DNA of 64,000 nucleotides from Candidatus Eiseniibacteriota bacterium (GCA_965224245.1 OZ245046.1:5376001-5440000), one strand, 5' to 3'; numbered from the stretch's first letter, positions 10,025 to 23,626 are shown. Notes: generated by a model not told the origin, from the sequence alone. Program-made: numbers and translations.

Positions 10025-12256
10025 TCACGAGAGGGTCAGGCGTTTCGCGTCGGCGTCCGCGTCGACGTCCACGACCACGTGGCCGCCTCCCGCATACTTT
10101 CCGAAGAGAACCTCTTCGGTGAGCGGACGCTTGATGTGCTCGTCGATCACGCGCGAGAGCGGTCGGGCGCCGAAGGCCGGCTCGTAGCCCTCCTTCGCGA
10201 GCCACGTGCGTGCGGCGTCGGTCAGCTCCAGCGTCACCTTCTTCTCGGCCAGCTGCGCGCCGAGCTGACGGATGAACTTGTCCACGATCAGGCCCATCAC
10301 CATCGGGTCGAGCGCGTCGAACGATAGCCGCGCGTCCAGGCGATTGCGGAACTCGGGGCTGAAGAGCCGCTCGACCGCCTTCTGGTCGGCACCGTCCGGT
10401 GAGCCGCCGCCGAACCCGACCTTGCGCTGCGCCATCTCACGAGCGCCCACGTTCGAGCTCATCAGGATGATGACGTTGCGGAGGTCGGCCTCCTTGCCAT
10501 TGGCGTCGGTCAACGTGCCGTGGTCCATGATCTGAAGGAGGATGTTGAACACCTCGGGGTGCGCCTTCTCGATCTCGTCCAGGAGCAGCACCGCGTGCGG
10601 GGTCTTGGATACGGCCTCGGTCAGGAGTCCGCCCTGCTCGTGACCGACGTATCCAGGTGGCGCGCCGACCAGGCGCGAGACCGTATGCCGCTCCATGTAC
10701 TCGGACATGTCGAAGCGCAGGAACGAGATTCCGAGCACCTCGGCCAGCTGCCTGGCCATCTCGGTCTTGCCCACCCCGGTGGGGCCGGTCAGCAGGAACG
10801 AGCCGACCGGCTTCTCGGGCTCGCGCAGCCCGGCCCGCGCCACCTTGATCGCGGACACGAGGGTCTCGATGGCCCGGTCCTGTCCGAAGATGACCTTCTT
10901 GAGCTCGCTCTCCAGGCTCTTCAAGCGGTCGCGGTCGGAGCCCTGCACGCGCTTCGGCGGGATCTGCGCCATCGTGGCCAGGACGACCTCGATGTCGCGC
11001 ACGCCGACCATCCTCTTGCCGGTGAGCGCCGCGTTGGAGCCGGCCTCGTCGATCAGATCGATCGCCTTGTCGGGAAGCTTGTGGTCGCGCAGGTGCCGCG
11101 CCGCCAGCGTCACCGCCTGCTCGATGGCCGGGCGCGTGTACCGGACCCCGTGGTGCGCCTCGTAGCGGGGCTTGAGGCCCATCAGGATCTGCACCGCCTC
11201 GGCGTGCGACGGCTCGCGGATCTCGACCTTCTGGAAGCGCCGCGACAGCGCGCGGTCGCGCTCGAAGTGCTGCCGGTACTCGGGCCACGTGGTGGCGCCG
11301 ATGCATCGGAGGTGTCCGCTCTCCAGGGCGGGCTTCAAGAGGTTGGACGCGTCCATGGAGCCCGAGCCGGCGGCGCCGGCGCCGACCAGCGTGTGGATCT
11401 CGTCGATGAAGAGGATCGGGCGCTCGAGCGCCTCCATGGCCTTCAGCACCGCCTTGAGGCGGTTCTCGAAGTCGCCGCGATAGCGGCTGCCGGCGAGCAC
11501 GGCGCCGAGATCCAGCCGGTAGATCTCGGTGTCGGCGAGCGGGGCCGGCACGTCGCCCGACGCGATCCGAGCCGCGAGCCCCTCCAGCATCGCCGTCTTG
11601 CCGACGCCGGGATCGCCCACGTACACCGGGTTGTTCTTCTGCTTGCGCTGGAGGATGCGGAACGTCCGCTCCATCTCCTGCTCGCGGCCGATGATCGGCT
11701 CGACCGCGCCGGCGCGCGCCAGCTCGGTGACGTTCGTGGTGAACGCCTGGAGCGGATCGCCCTCGGCCCCCTCGTCGTCGAGGCCGGGATCCCCGAACGG
11801 CGCGCCGGGGTCGGTCGGCTCGAGCTTGGAGACGCCGTGAGCCAGGTAGCTGACCACGTCGAGCCGCGTGACGCCGTGGCCCTCGAGCACGGTGACGGCG
11901 TACGAGTCGTTCTCGTCGAAGATCGCGACCAGCACCGACGTGGCCGTGACCTCGGTCTTGCCCGCGCCCTCGGAGTGGGCCACCGCGCGGGCGATGGCGC
12001 GCTGGAAGCCGCGCGTCGGCATGGGCTCGCGTCGCTCGGCCTCGGGAAGCGACTCGATCTGATCGTCGAGGTACACCTCGAGGTCGCGCTTGATCGCGCG
12101 CACGTTGCCGCCTGCGTGGCGGATCACGTCGGCGGTCTCCTCGTCGAGGAGCAGCGCGTACAGGAGGTGCTCGAGCCCGGCGTACTCGTGACCCTTCGTG
12201 GCCGCCTCGGTCACCGCGACCGACAGGGAGATCTGCAAGTCTTCAGAGAGTGTCAT
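10025..12256 (-). CDS. clpA: ATP-dependent Clp protease ATP-binding subunit ClpA
   Basis: Clp N domain, two AAA+ modules ([16 protein letters not shown]), VGF ClpP-binding loop, no M domain; downstream of clpS. Confidence 0.96.
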   Translation of the reverse strand: MTLSEDLQISLSVAVTEAATKGHEYAGLEHLLYALLLDEETADVIRHAGGNVRAIKRDLEVYLDDQIESLPEAERREPMPTRGFQRAIARAVAHSEGAGKTEVTATSVLVAIFDENDSYAVTVLEGHGVTRLDVVSYLAHGVSKLEPTDPGAPFGDPGLDDEGAEGDPLQAFTTNVTELARAGAVEPIIGREQEMERTFRILQRKQKNNPVYVGDPGVGKTAMLEGLAARIASGDVPAPLADTEIYRLDLGAVLAGSRYRGDFENRLKAVLKAMEALERPILFIDEIHTLVGAGAAGSGSMDASNLLKPALESGHLRCIGATTWPEYRQHFERDRALSRRFQKVEIREPSHAEAVQILMGLKPRYEAHHGVRYTRPAIEQAVTLAARHLRDHKLPDKAIDLIDEAGSNAALTGKRMVGVRDIEVVLATMAQIPPKRVQGSDRDRLKSLESELKKVIFGQDRAIETLVSAIKVARAGLREPEKPVGSFLLTGPTGVGKTEMARQLAEVLGISFLRFDMSEYMERHTVSRLVGAPPGYVGHEQGGLLTEAVSKTPHAVLLLDEIEKAHPEVFNILLQIMDHGTLTDANGKEADLRNVIILMSSNVGAREMAQRKVGFGGGSPDGADQKAVERLFSPEFRNRLDARLSFDALDPMVMGLIVDKFIRQLGAQLAEKKVTLELTDAARTWLAKEGYEPAFGARPLSRVIDEHIKRPLTEEVLFGKYAGGGHVVVDVDADADAKRLTLS

Positions 12257-12564
12257 TCCGGCTCCGCCGTCACTTTGAGCGGCATCTCGGCGTCCTGTGC
12301 CTCCTGGGTGACGGCCGCGACCTTGGTCTCGGCGACGTCACGTGGATAGCGGCCGGCGACGCCGATCCCCTTGTGATGTACCTGCAGCATCACGTGCGTC
12401 GCCTCGGCGCCGGTCTTCTGGAAGTGCTTCATCAAGACGTGAATGACGAAGTCCATCGTCGTGAAGTCGTCGTTGTGCAGGAGCACCTTCCACAGGCGCG
12501 CCCGCTTGGTCTTTCGTCGCGTCCTGGCGACCAGCTCGTCGCCCGACTTCGGCGTCGATGACAT
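12253..12564 (-). CDS. clpS: Clp protease adaptor ClpS
   Basis: KVLLHNDDFTTMDFVIHVL...MLQVHHKG signature; 4-bp overlap with clpA. Confidence 0.96.
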   Translation of the reverse strand: MSSTPKSGDELVARTRRKTKRARLWKVLLHNDDFTTMDFVIHVLMKHFQKTGAEATHVMLQVHHKGIGVAGRYPRDVAETKVAAVTQEAQDAEMPLKVTAEPE

Positions 12565-12994
12565 CACGCTCCGTTACGGTACGTTATCGACCGTCGGATT
12601 GATACGTTTGCCTCGGCTGGCCCCGTCGTCGTCGCGACCCATCCGTCGACGGATCGCAGAACCGCCGATCGGCCGAGAAGTTCCGTCGGAGCCGCTCGGG
12701 GGGACGTCAGGACCGGTCGCCACCGCGTGATCGTTCCCGGGCCGACCCCGATGAGTCTAGCAGCGGGCGCGGTTCGACGCATCGCTCCGGCAGGGGCCTC
12801 CCGGACGTGGAGCCGGGTCCGACGACGTCACCACTCCGAACGGTACGCGTCCACCCAGTCCCAGACGGACGTCGACTCGAGGACTCGGTGGCGCCCGTGG
12901 CCCGCCGATGCGGCTCTACCTCACGGTCCGCACGACGCACGCCGTTTACGCCTGGCGACGCGTGCACGGGAGTCCGCGGCTCGACGCCGCGTGC

Positions 12995-14083
<1,089 letters not shown>

Positions 14084-14089
14084 GGGCTC

Positions 14090-14593
14090 CTACTCGGCGG
14101 CCTCCGGCTGCCGGCCGGCCAGCTCGGTGTCGATCATCAGAAGCGCCGCGCTGGAGTCGGCCGCGAGCTTCATGCGCTGGACGATCCGGTCGACCGAGGC
14201 CTCTTCCTCGACCTGCTCCTCGACGAACCACCGGAGGAAGGTCTCGGTGGGGTTGTCGCGATCGTCCTTGGCCTGGTTCACCAGATCGTTGATGAGCGAC
14301 GAGATGTGCCGCTCGTGGGCCAGGGCGGCCTCGGCCGCGGCCAGGGGCGACTCCCACGTCTTCGGCGGCGCGCCGATCGCGCCGAGCTCGATCTTGCCGC
14401 CGCGGTCGAGCACGAACTCGAAGATCTTCATCGCGTGGATGTGCTCTTCCTGGGCCTGCATGTCGAGCCAGTGGGCGAACCCGTCCAGGTTCAGGTCCTG
14501 AAAGTACCCCTGCATCTGGCGGTATACGTAGAACGACTCGAATTCGGCCGTGATCTGCTTGTTGAGCGCCTTCTCCATCGCGGCACCGAGCAT
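14090..14593 (-). CDS. ftnA: Non-heme ferritin
   Basis: ALNKQITAEFES, QAQEEHIHAMKI, WFVEEQVEEE ferroxidase motifs; start at ATG 14593 with GAGG RBS. Confidence 0.92.
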   Translation of the reverse strand: MLGAAMEKALNKQITAEFESFYVYRQMQGYFQDLNLDGFAHWLDMQAQEEHIHAMKIFEFVLDRGGKIELGAIGAPPKTWESPLAAAEAALAHERHISSLINDLVNQAKDDRDNPTETFLRWFVEEQVEEEASVDRIVQRMKLAADSSAALLMIDTELAGRQPEAAE

Positions 14594-15161
14594 GGGGGTA
14601 CCTCTCCTTTCGATCGGTCGTCCGGCCTGTTGGTCAGGGCCGCCTACCATAGCGCGTATCCGATTCGGCTTCCACTAAATGCATGTCCCGAGCGGCGTTG
14701 CGAAAGCCGAACTGGTGTCGGGAGTCCACCGCCGGACGGAGGCACGCCCGGCCGGGGTCGGTCGGCGGCCGGCGGCACCGAGGGACGTAATGTCAAGCGA
14801 GAGCGCGGCATCGACCGGACGACGGCCGATAACGACGTCCGAGAGGTTGCGTGTGGCTCCGGCGACACCGTATCCTCGTCCGGCGTCACCCGGACCGTCC
14901 ATTCACGCTTCCGGGACCGCCCCGGGCGAACCCAACAGCATGCTTCTCGGTTTGATCGACGTGCCGGTCGGGCTCCACGCAGCCGGCCGTGCGCGCGCGA
15001 GATCGTGCTCCGGCAACGGCTCGCGCCGACACGAGGCTCGGGACACAGATTCACATGACGAGTTCGCGTGGCGTCTCTGTTCGGCTCCGAGGCCGATCGC
15101 ACGGGCAGGGCGATCGACCCACGACGAGCCCCCGGGACCCGCGCCGACGAAAGGACGATCG

Positions 15162-16286
15162 ATGCCCTTGAAGAAAATCGGGACCTACGCGGTCCAGCAT
15201 CTTCAGGTGCTCGACGAGAACGGCAAGCTCGACGAGACGCTCGAGCCCGAACTCTCGACCGAGCAGCTCCTGACGCTCTACCGGAGCATGCTCCTGGCCC
15301 GTCGCGCCGACGAACGCCAGCTGAAGCTCCAGCGTCAGGGGCGCATGGGCACGTTCGGTCCGTGTACCGGCCAGGAGGCCGCGGTGTGCGCACCGGCCCT
15401 GGCGATGACGAAGGACGACTGGTTCGTCGGGGCGTTTCGCGAGATCGGCGCCCGCCTCATGCGGGGAGTCACCCTCGACGAGGAGTACCTGTTCTGGAAC
15501 GGCTTCGAGGAGGGCAACGTCACCGACGGGGCCCACCGGACGCTCCCGAACGCCGTCATCGTGGCCTCGCAGACGCTCCACGCGGTCGGCATCGCGTACG
15601 CGATGAAGCTCCGGGGCGAGAAGTCGGCCGTCGCCTGCTTCTTCGGCGACGGTGCCACCTCGCAGGGCGACTTCTACGAGGCGCTCAACTTCGCCTCGGT
15701 ATGGCAGGTGCCGTGCGTCTTCTTCTGCTGCAACAACCAGTGGGCGATCTCGGTCCCCCGCGCGAAGCAGACGCGATCGAAGACCCTCGCCCAGAAGGCG
15801 ATCGCGGCCGAGGTCCCATGCCTTCAGGTGGACGGCAACGACGCGCTGGCCATGTACCGCGCCGCCGACGAGGCGTTCACGCGGGCCCGCGACGGCGGCG
15901 GCCCCACGCTCATCGAGGCCGTCACGTTTCGACTGATGATGCACACCACGGCCGACGATCCGACGAAGTACCGCGAGAAGGCCGTCGAGGAGGAGTGGTG
16001 GCGAAAGGACCCGCTCCCGCGCTTCGAGGGCTACCTGCAGGACAAGGGCGTGCTGACCGACGCGATCAAGGCCGACTACGAGGCCGAGATCAAGGCCGAG
16101 GTCGACGCGGCGGTGGCCACGCTCGAGTCCCGCGACGACTTCAAGCCCGACGCGCCGTTCGACCACGTCTTCGGCACCAAGCACGCGGTCATCGAGGAGC
16201 AGCGCCAGGAGTTCCTGGCCCAGCTGGCCGAGGAGCAGGCGGCCGCGAGCACGCCGCCCGCGTCGAAGGAGACGGCCCATGCCTAA
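15162..16286 (+). CDS. pdhA: Pyruvate (2-oxoacid) dehydrogenase E1 alpha subunit
   Basis: LQRQGRMG, TPP motif GDGATSQGDFYEALNFA...NNQWAIS, HTTADDP; AAGGA RBS before ATG 15162. Confidence 0.92.
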   Translation: MPLKKIGTYAVQHLQVLDENGKLDETLEPELSTEQLLTLYRSMLLARRADERQLKLQRQGRMGTFGPCTGQEAAVCAPALAMTKDDWFVGAFREIGARLMRGVTLDEEYLFWNGFEEGNVTDGAHRTLPNAVIVASQTLHAVGIAYAMKLRGEKSAVACFFGDGATSQGDFYEALNFASVWQVPCVFFCCNNQWAISVPRAKQTRSKTLAQKAIAAEVPCLQVDGNDALAMYRAADEAFTRARDGGGPTLIEAVTFRLMMHTTADDPTKYREKAVEEEWWRKDPLPRFEGYLQDKGVLTDAIKADYEAEIKAEVDAAVATLESRDDFKPDAPFDHVFGTKHAVIEEQRQEFLAQLAEEQAAASTPPASKETAHA

Positions 16287-17259
16287 GCTGAACATGGTGC
16301 AGGCGCTGAACATGGCGCTCGATCACGAGATGGCCTCCGACGACAGCGTGGTCCTCCTGGGCGAGGACATCGGTCCCAACGGTGGGGTCTTCCGCGTGAC
16401 CGAGGGGCTCCACGCGAAGTACGGCGAGGCGCGCGTCATGGACACCCCGCTGGCCGAGTCCGGAATCCTCGGCACCGCCATCGGCATGTCCATGGCGGGT
16501 CTCAGGCCGGTCGCCGAGATGCAGTTCTCGGGCTTCTCGTACCTGATGTTCCACCAGCTCGAGGGCAACGCGTCGCGATACCGCTCGCGCACGCACGGGC
16601 GCTACACGTGCCCGCTGGTCGTGCGCATGCCGTACGGCGGCGGGGTGCGCGCGCTCGAGCACCACTCCGAGAGCCGCGAGGCCACGTACGGGCACGTGCC
16701 GGGGGTGAAGGTGATCGCGCCGTCCACGCCGCGCAACGCGAAGGCGCTCCTCCTGGCCGCCATCCGCGACCCCGACCCGGTCGTGTTCATGGAGCCCAAG
16801 CACTCCTACCGCGCGTTCCGCGAGGAGGTGCCCGAGACCGACGAGGTCATGGACATCGGCGTCTCGCATCTCGTCGAGCAGGGGCGCGACATCACGGTGG
16901 TCTCGTGGGGCTCGATGATGCGTCCCACGCTGGAGGCCGTGCACGGGGTCAAGCACGACCGCGGCATCGGGGTGGACCTGATCGACGTGCTGACCGTCTC
17001 ACCTCTCGACTCGGACACCATCATCGAGTCGGTCAAGAAGACCGGACGGTGCGTGGTCGTCCAGGAGGCGCCGCGCTCGCTGAGCGTCTCGGCCGAGATC
17101 ATCGCGCGGATCAACGACAAGGTCCTCATGTATCTCGAGGCGCCGGTGCGACGGGTCACCCACTACGACGTGGTCACGCCGAACTTCGGCCGCGAGAAGA
17201 TGTACCTGCCCAACGCGCGGCGGATCCGGAAGGCGATCGAGGAGACGCTCGACTTCTGA
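16279..17259 (+). CDS. pdhB: Pyruvate (2-oxoacid) dehydrogenase E1 beta subunit
   Basis: GGVFRVTEGL, DTPLAESGI, EHHSES; overlaps the pdhA stop. Confidence 0.92.
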   Translation: MPKLNMVQALNMALDHEMASDDSVVLLGEDIGPNGGVFRVTEGLHAKYGEARVMDTPLAESGILGTAIGMSMAGLRPVAEMQFSGFSYLMFHQLEGNASRYRSRTHGRYTCPLVVRMPYGGGVRALEHHSESREATYGHVPGVKVIAPSTPRNAKALLLAAIRDPDPVVFMEPKHSYRAFREEVPETDEVMDIGVSHLVEQGRDITVVSWGSMMRPTLEAVHGVKHDRGIGVDLIDVLTVSPLDSDTIIESVKKTGRCVVVQEAPRSLSVSAEIIARINDKVLMYLEAPVRRVTHYDVVTPNFGREKMYLPNARRIRKAIEETLDF

Positions 17260-17271
17260 GGGCGAGACGAC

Positions 17272-17294
17272 CCCGGTCGCGACCGGCGACCGGG
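17272..17294 (+). terminator. GC hairpin after pdhB (no U-tract; possible pause or processing stem)
   Basis: CCCGGTCGC-gaccg-GCGACCGGG, 9-bp stem. Confidence 0.4.
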
Positions 17295-17574
17295 AGCGTC
17301 GCGTGACCGGACACCGGCTTCGAGCGCCGTCCCATCCCGGTCGGCCGACCGGTGATTTTCGCGTAGGTGTTTGCACGACTTCGGTTTACAATGGCCGCCA
17401 CTGGATTGCGACCCGTCGGCGTGGAGCGCCGGCCCGCACCCGGGTCGACCGCGCCCGCATCCAACGCCATACTCCAGACCGTATCCCGTCGGCCCCGTCG
17501 CGAGAGGCCGATCGACTCAGAGCCCGGCATGATGGCCGGGGCCCGGCACAGTCGCCGGGGCTGGGAGGACTCAC

Positions 17575-18990
17575 GTGTTCGAATTCAAGCTTCCCGATCT
17601 CGGCGAAGGTGTCGCCGAGGGCGAGATCCTGAAGTGGTACGTCGACGTCGGCGGTGACATCGGCGAGGACGATCCCCTGGTCGACATCGAGACCGACAAG
17701 GCGGCCGTGACGATCCCGTCGCCGCGCGCGGGCAAGATCGCGTCGGTGGCCGGTGGCGTCGGAGACACCGTCGAGGTCGGCGACGTGCTGGTCACGATCG
17801 ACGAGTCCAGCGCGGGAGCGTCGACCGCCCCGTCCGAGTCCGCCCCGTCCGAGGACTCCCCCGAGCCGGCGTCGAGCCCATCGGCCGCCGCGCCGGACGG
17901 CGCCTCCAAGACGCAGGCGCCGAGCCTGCCGCCGGCCCACGCGCCCGCACCGAAATCGGCGACTCCGGCGCCGAGCGCGAGTCGGCCGTCCAGTCCGCTG
18001 GCGTCGCCGGCGGCCGCCAACGCGGCGCCACCCCGGCGGAACGGGGGTCCCGTGCCCGCGGCTCCGGCGACGCGCCGGCTCGCGCGCGAGCTGGGGATCG
18101 ATCTCTCGATGGTGCAGGGAACCGGTCCCGGCGGCCGGGTGACCGCCGAGGACGTCCGTCTCTACGCCGAGGGCGGCATCGCGACCATGGCGCCGTCCAC
18201 CCCGCCGCCGCCGATGGGCGAGTCGGCCGTGCCCGCCGACGGCCAGAGCGCCATCCCGTACTACGAGCTCGAGGAGATGCCGACGTTCGAGCAGTACGGT
18301 CCGGTGGAGCGCGTCGCGCTCCGATCGATCCGTCGCAAGGTCGCCAAGAAGATGGTGACGTCGATGGTGACGGTCCCGCACGTGGCCCACATGGACGACG
18401 CGGACGTGACCGAGCTCGAGGCCTACCGTACGCGTCTGAAGGCACAGGGGGGCGCGTCGGTGACGCTGATGGCGTTCGTCATGAAGTCGGTGGCCTCGTC
18501 GATGAAGCGCTACCCGATGATGAACGCATCGATCGATCCGTACCGGGGCGAGCTCGTCTACAAGGGCTACGTGAACGTGGGCTTCGCGGCCGATACGCCG
18601 CGGGGACTCCTCGTGCCCGTGGTCAAGAACGCCGATCGGCTGAGCGTGGTCGAGCTCTCCGCCGAGATCAGGCGGCTGGCCGAGGCCGCGCGCGAGGGGA
18701 CGATCGACGTCTCCGATCTCCAGGGCGGCACGTTCACGATCACCAACGTCGGCTCGCTGGGCGGCAAGTACGTGATCCCGACGATCAACTACCCCGAGTC
18801 GGCCATTCTCGGCATGGGGCGCACCGCGGACGAGGTCGTCGTGCGGGATGGCGACATCGTCGTGCGCAAGATCACGCCGCTGTGCATCACGTACGACCAT
18901 CGAATCGCCGACGGCGCGGATGGGGCGCGGTTCATGAACGAGCTGGTGCGCCATCTCTCCGATCCGATCAGCATGCTGGCCGCGATCTAA
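17575..18990 (+). CDS. pdhC: Dihydrolipoamide acyltransferase E2
   Basis: Single lipoyl domain (IETDKA), Ala/Pro linker, E3-binding AAPATRRLARELGIDL, catalytic DHRIADG. Confidence 0.93.
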   Translation: MFEFKLPDLGEGVAEGEILKWYVDVGGDIGEDDPLVDIETDKAAVTIPSPRAGKIASVAGGVGDTVEVGDVLVTIDESSAGASTAPSESAPSEDSPEPASSPSAAAPDGASKTQAPSLPPAHAPAPKSATPAPSASRPSSPLASPAAANAAPPRRNGGPVPAAPATRRLARELGIDLSMVQGTGPGGRVTAEDVRLYAEGGIATMAPSTPPPPMGESAVPADGQSAIPYYELEEMPTFEQYGPVERVALRSIRRKVAKKMVTSMVTVPHVAHMDDADVTELEAYRTRLKAQGGASVTLMAFVMKSVASSMKRYPMMNASIDPYRGELVYKGYVNVGFAADTPRGLLVPVVKNADRLSVVELSAEIRRLAEAAREGTIDVSDLQGGTFTITNVGSLGGKYVIPTINYPESAILGMGRTADEVVVRDGDIVVRKITPLCITYDHRIADGADGARFMNELVRHLSDPISMLAAI

Positions 18991-19007
18991 CGCCGGAGGA
19001 CCGCACC

Positions 19008-20444
<1,437 letters not shown>

Positions 20445-20545
20445 TGGAGCCGTCGGCCGTCGCCGCCGCCGGCGGCGACGCGAAGGCGGCCCTCGGGCGC
20501 CGCGCCCGCCCGGTCGCGCGCCGCGCCTCGGGCGTGGGCTGACCC

Positions 20546-21211
20546 GTGTCGCTCGACGTTCGTCCCTACGATCTCGACGACGATCTGGTCGACGCTACCT
20601 CGGCGGACGGCCGTCCCCGCGTGAGGGTGGCCCGGCCCGAGGCCGTGACGGTGGTCCTCGGACGGGGCAGCGATCCCGACGTCGAGCTGGACGTGGGCGC
20701 GTGTCGGCGGCTCGGGCTCGACATCCGCCGTCGTCGCGGCGGTGGGTGCGCGGTCGTCCTGGATCCCGGGAATCTGATCGTCTCGGTGGCCCTGCCCATC
20801 CCCGGGCTCACGCGTATCCGGTCGACGTTCGAAGCGCTCACGTCGATGCTGATCCAGGCGCTGGCCACGGCGGGCCTCGACGGCGTCGAGTCGGACGGCG
20901 TCTCCGATCTCGTCCTCGCCGATCGCAAGGTGTCGGGCTCGTGCGTGCACCGCAAGCTGGGGCTCTTCTACTACTCGGCGACGCTTCTGGTGGATCCGGA
21001 TCTCGAGGTCGTGACCGCGGCGCTCCGCCACCCCCCGCGCGAGCCCGCGTACCGGCGCGGACGTCCGCACGCGGCGTTCATGGGACGGCTCGCGGCTGCG
21101 CCCGCCGGGGCGGACCGGGGCCCACGCGATCCCGAGTCCACCCGGCACGCGATCGCCCGATCCGTGCGGGCCACGTTCACCGGCGAGCGCCTCGGCGCGC
21201 TCTCGACCTGA
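20546..21211 (+). CDS. Lipoate-protein ligase / octanoyltransferase family protein (catalytic domain only)
   Basis: RRRGGGCAVVLDPGNL and DLVLADRKVSGS motifs; directly after pdhABCD. Confidence 0.82.
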   Translation: MSLDVRPYDLDDDLVDATSADGRPRVRVARPEAVTVVLGRGSDPDVELDVGACRRLGLDIRRRRGGGCAVVLDPGNLIVSVALPIPGLTRIRSTFEALTSMLIQALATAGLDGVESDGVSDLVLADRKVSGSCVHRKLGLFYYSATLLVDPDLEVVTAALRHPPREPAYRRGRPHAAFMGRLAAAPAGADRGPRDPESTRHAIARSVRATFTGERLGALST

Positions 21212-21222
21212 AGGGAGGACCG

Positions 21223-21705
21223 ATGCACACGTCCCACGCGCTCCTGGACATCCACACCCGTGCGCACGACAGCCTGTCCCGGCTGATGACGCACTGCCAC
21301 CTGCTCACCGGCGACGAGATCGACCGCGAGCTGGACGGGTTCGGCTATCCCACCGTGCGCCTTCAGCTCCATCACGAGATCACCGGCGAGCGGTACTGGG
21401 TCAGCGTTCTCGAGGACCGCATGAACGCCGACGAGAACGACGCCGACTATCCGACCGTCGCGTCCCTCGAGGCGTATCGGGAGGAGGTCGCCGCCGTCAC
21501 GCGTGCGTACCTTGCCGCGGCGTCGGTGGACGAGCTCAACACGCCACGGGCAATGCGCACGTGGGGCGGCCGTGAGCCCGTGCTGATTCCCGCTCACGTC
21601 GTCATGCGAACGATGACGCATCTCTATCATCACCAGGGACAGATCCTGGCGATGTGTCGCCTCCTCGGAAAGCCGGCCTCGAAGATGGACTATCCCATCG
21701 AGTGA
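21223..21705 (+). CDS. DinB family protein
   Basis: TVRLQLHHEITGERYW and HLYHHQGQI His pattern; GGAGG RBS before ATG 21223. Confidence 0.8.
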   Translation: MHTSHALLDIHTRAHDSLSRLMTHCHLLTGDEIDRELDGFGYPTVRLQLHHEITGERYWVSVLEDRMNADENDADYPTVASLEAYREEVAAVTRAYLAAASVDELNTPRAMRTWGGREPVLIPAHVVMRTMTHLYHHQGQILAMCRLLGKPASKMDYPIE

Positions 21706-21835
21706 CCGATCGTGGCGGCGTGTGCCGGCCACCCGAGCCTCGGTCGGATGAGAGGGGCGTCGGCGCGCGACCGACCGGGTGTGTTAGGCTCGTGATCCGT
21801 CCCGGACGGACCTCGCGCAACGTCGGAGAACAGAC

Positions 21836-22939
21836 ATGCGACTCGGACCCACCGGCGCCTCGCTCGCGCGCGCCTCGGTGGCGATCTCCATCGCGATGAT
21901 CCCGATCGCGTCGCCGGCGATCGCGGAGATCCTCCTCGTCCGTCCCGACGGCACGGGCGATCACCCGACGATCCAGGCCGCGCTGGACGCGTCCCATCCC
22001 AGCGACATCATCGAGCTGGCCGACGGCATCTTCCGCGGTCCCGGCAATCGGGACGTCACGACGTCCGGCCAGAGCGCCACCCTCGTTCGTTCCGCGAGCG
22101 GAGATCCGAGCGCCTGCGTGATCGAGTGCGACGGGAGTCCCGCCGAGCCGCACCGCGCGTTTCTCGTCGTGGACGACTCGCTGTGGCTGGTGGGGGTGAC
22201 GATCCGGGGCGGCTACGCGAACGACCTCTTCGGAGGGGGCGCGATCGCGTCGCTGTCGTCCTGGCTACCCCTGGACGACTGCCGCTTCGTGGGCAACGAG
22301 TCCGCGACCGCGGGCGGCGCGCTGTCGATCATCGGGGAGACCGACTCGTTTCTGTCCGCCGAGCTCGCCGACTGCGTGTTCACCGGAAACCGAGCGGCAC
22401 GCGGCGGCGCGATCGCGGTCCAGGCGACCCCCACGATCGAGCGGTGCGTGATCACGGGCAACGTGGCCACCGAGTACGGCGGCGCGATCTTCGGAACGCG
22501 AACCGGAGCCGTGCGCGAGACGACGCTGGCAGGCAATCTCGGGGGCGTGGCCGGAGGGGGCGTTTACGTGACGGAATCGGTCGACGTCTTCCGGACGATC
22601 TTCTGGGCGAACTGCGCGCCGACCGGGGCGAGCGTGCAGCTCGAGGGGCCGGCGCGCGGGGGCGGCCGCATTCGTTGCTCGATCGTCCGGGCCGAGGACG
22701 TGGTCGGCGGCGTGGCCATCGACGACACGGACCGGGACGAGAATCCGCTCCTCTGCGATCCCCGGGCGTGTTCGGAGGCTCCGACCGACGCCGGCGACGC
22801 GGCGCTCGACGCCGCGTCGGTGTGCGTGGCCGAGCGGAGCCCGTGCGGCGAACGAATCGGCGCGCGTGGCGTCGCATGCTCGGGGACGACACCCGTTCTC
22901 CGGACGAGCTGGACTCGGATCAAGGCGTGCTACCGCTGA
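21836..22939 (+). CDS. Secreted right-handed parallel beta-helix protein with C-terminal TPV..TSW..IK..Y motif
   Basis: Signal peptide, TIQAALD start, repeated FxGNxAxxGGA units, Cys-rich end, terminal TPVLRTSWTRIKACYR. Confidence 0.8.
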   Translation: MRLGPTGASLARASVAISIAMIPIASPAIAEILLVRPDGTGDHPTIQAALDASHPSDIIELADGIFRGPGNRDVTTSGQSATLVRSASGDPSACVIECDGSPAEPHRAFLVVDDSLWLVGVTIRGGYANDLFGGGAIASLSSWLPLDDCRFVGNESATAGGALSIIGETDSFLSAELADCVFTGNRAARGGAIAVQATPTIERCVITGNVATEYGGAIFGTRTGAVRETTLAGNLGGVAGGGVYVTESVDVFRTIFWANCAPTGASVQLEGPARGGGRIRCSIVRAEDVVGGVAIDDTDRDENPLLCDPRACSEAPTDAGDAALDAASVCVAERSPCGERIGARGVACSGTTPVLRTSWTRIKACYR

Positions 22940-23027
22940 GTGGCGGGGCGACCGTTCATCGGACGTCGCCGTTCGAGCGGCTCGCGCGTGGCCGCTCGGG
23001 GAGCTGGCCGGCCCTGCTCGTCCCGGA

Positions 23028-23507
23028 TCACTGAAGGCCCGGCGGGTGCCCCAGGAGCCGACGCAGGATGCCCAGCTGACCGGTGTGGTACGTCTCGTGG
23101 AAGCAGAGCCCGACGAGCTGCTCGCCGCGCGTGGATCTGCCGTCCGGTGACGGCTCGTCGAATCGCGCCTCGCCGAATCCCGGAAGCACTTCGCCGAGCC
23201 GCCGCGTCGACACCGCCAGGTCGGCCAACATCTTCTCCACCTCGTGAACGCCCGGTCCTGCCTCGACGACGTTGGCGCTTCCGCGAACGTAGCGTGCCTT
23301 CTCCTCGTCGGACCAGATCGGCTCCAGCTCCACCAGCGCGTGCATCGGGTTTCGATGGAACACGATGTGGCCGAGGATCCAGTTGACGGTGTTGCCTCCC
23401 GGCTTCGGCGCGACCAGAGCCTCGGCGTCGGTGATGCCGTGCATGTTCCTGTCGATCGCGAACTCGTTGTATCGGAGCAGCGTTCGCACCTGTTCGGCCG
23501 TCGTCAT
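23028..23507 (-). CDS. DinB family protein
   Basis: NTVNWILGHI and FHETYHTGQL; GGAGG RBS before ATG 23507. Confidence 0.8.
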   Translation of the reverse strand: MTTAEQVRTLLRYNEFAIDRNMHGITDAEALVAPKPGGNTVNWILGHIVFHRNPMHALVELEPIWSDEEKARYVRGSANVVEAGPGVHEVEKMLADLAVSTRRLGEVLPGFGEARFDEPSPDGRSTRGEQLVGLCFHETYHTGQLGILRRLLGHPPGLQ

Positions 23508-23626
23508 CGGGACACCTCCTGCCGCCCCGACCGGCCCGGGGGCGGCTCGTTGACCGGCTCGGCGCCGGTTCAGTACGCTTTCCGTCCTCGATCCGGCACC
23601 GACCCCGAAGCACGAGGAGGCGAGCC

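Noticed and set aside
12568-12994. Small ORFs or ncRNA between clpS and the ABC ATPase
   Set aside because: No RBS, motif or recognisable RNA fold; only a promoter-like TGCTAGACT on the minus strand.
14679-15161. Track N-terminal extensions of pdhA (likewise 34153 RND, 33218 MFP, 47408 RND2, 20353 DinB, 18882 lpdA)
   Set aside because: Homology and RBS placement support downstream starts; the extensions are low-complexity or overlap upstream genes.
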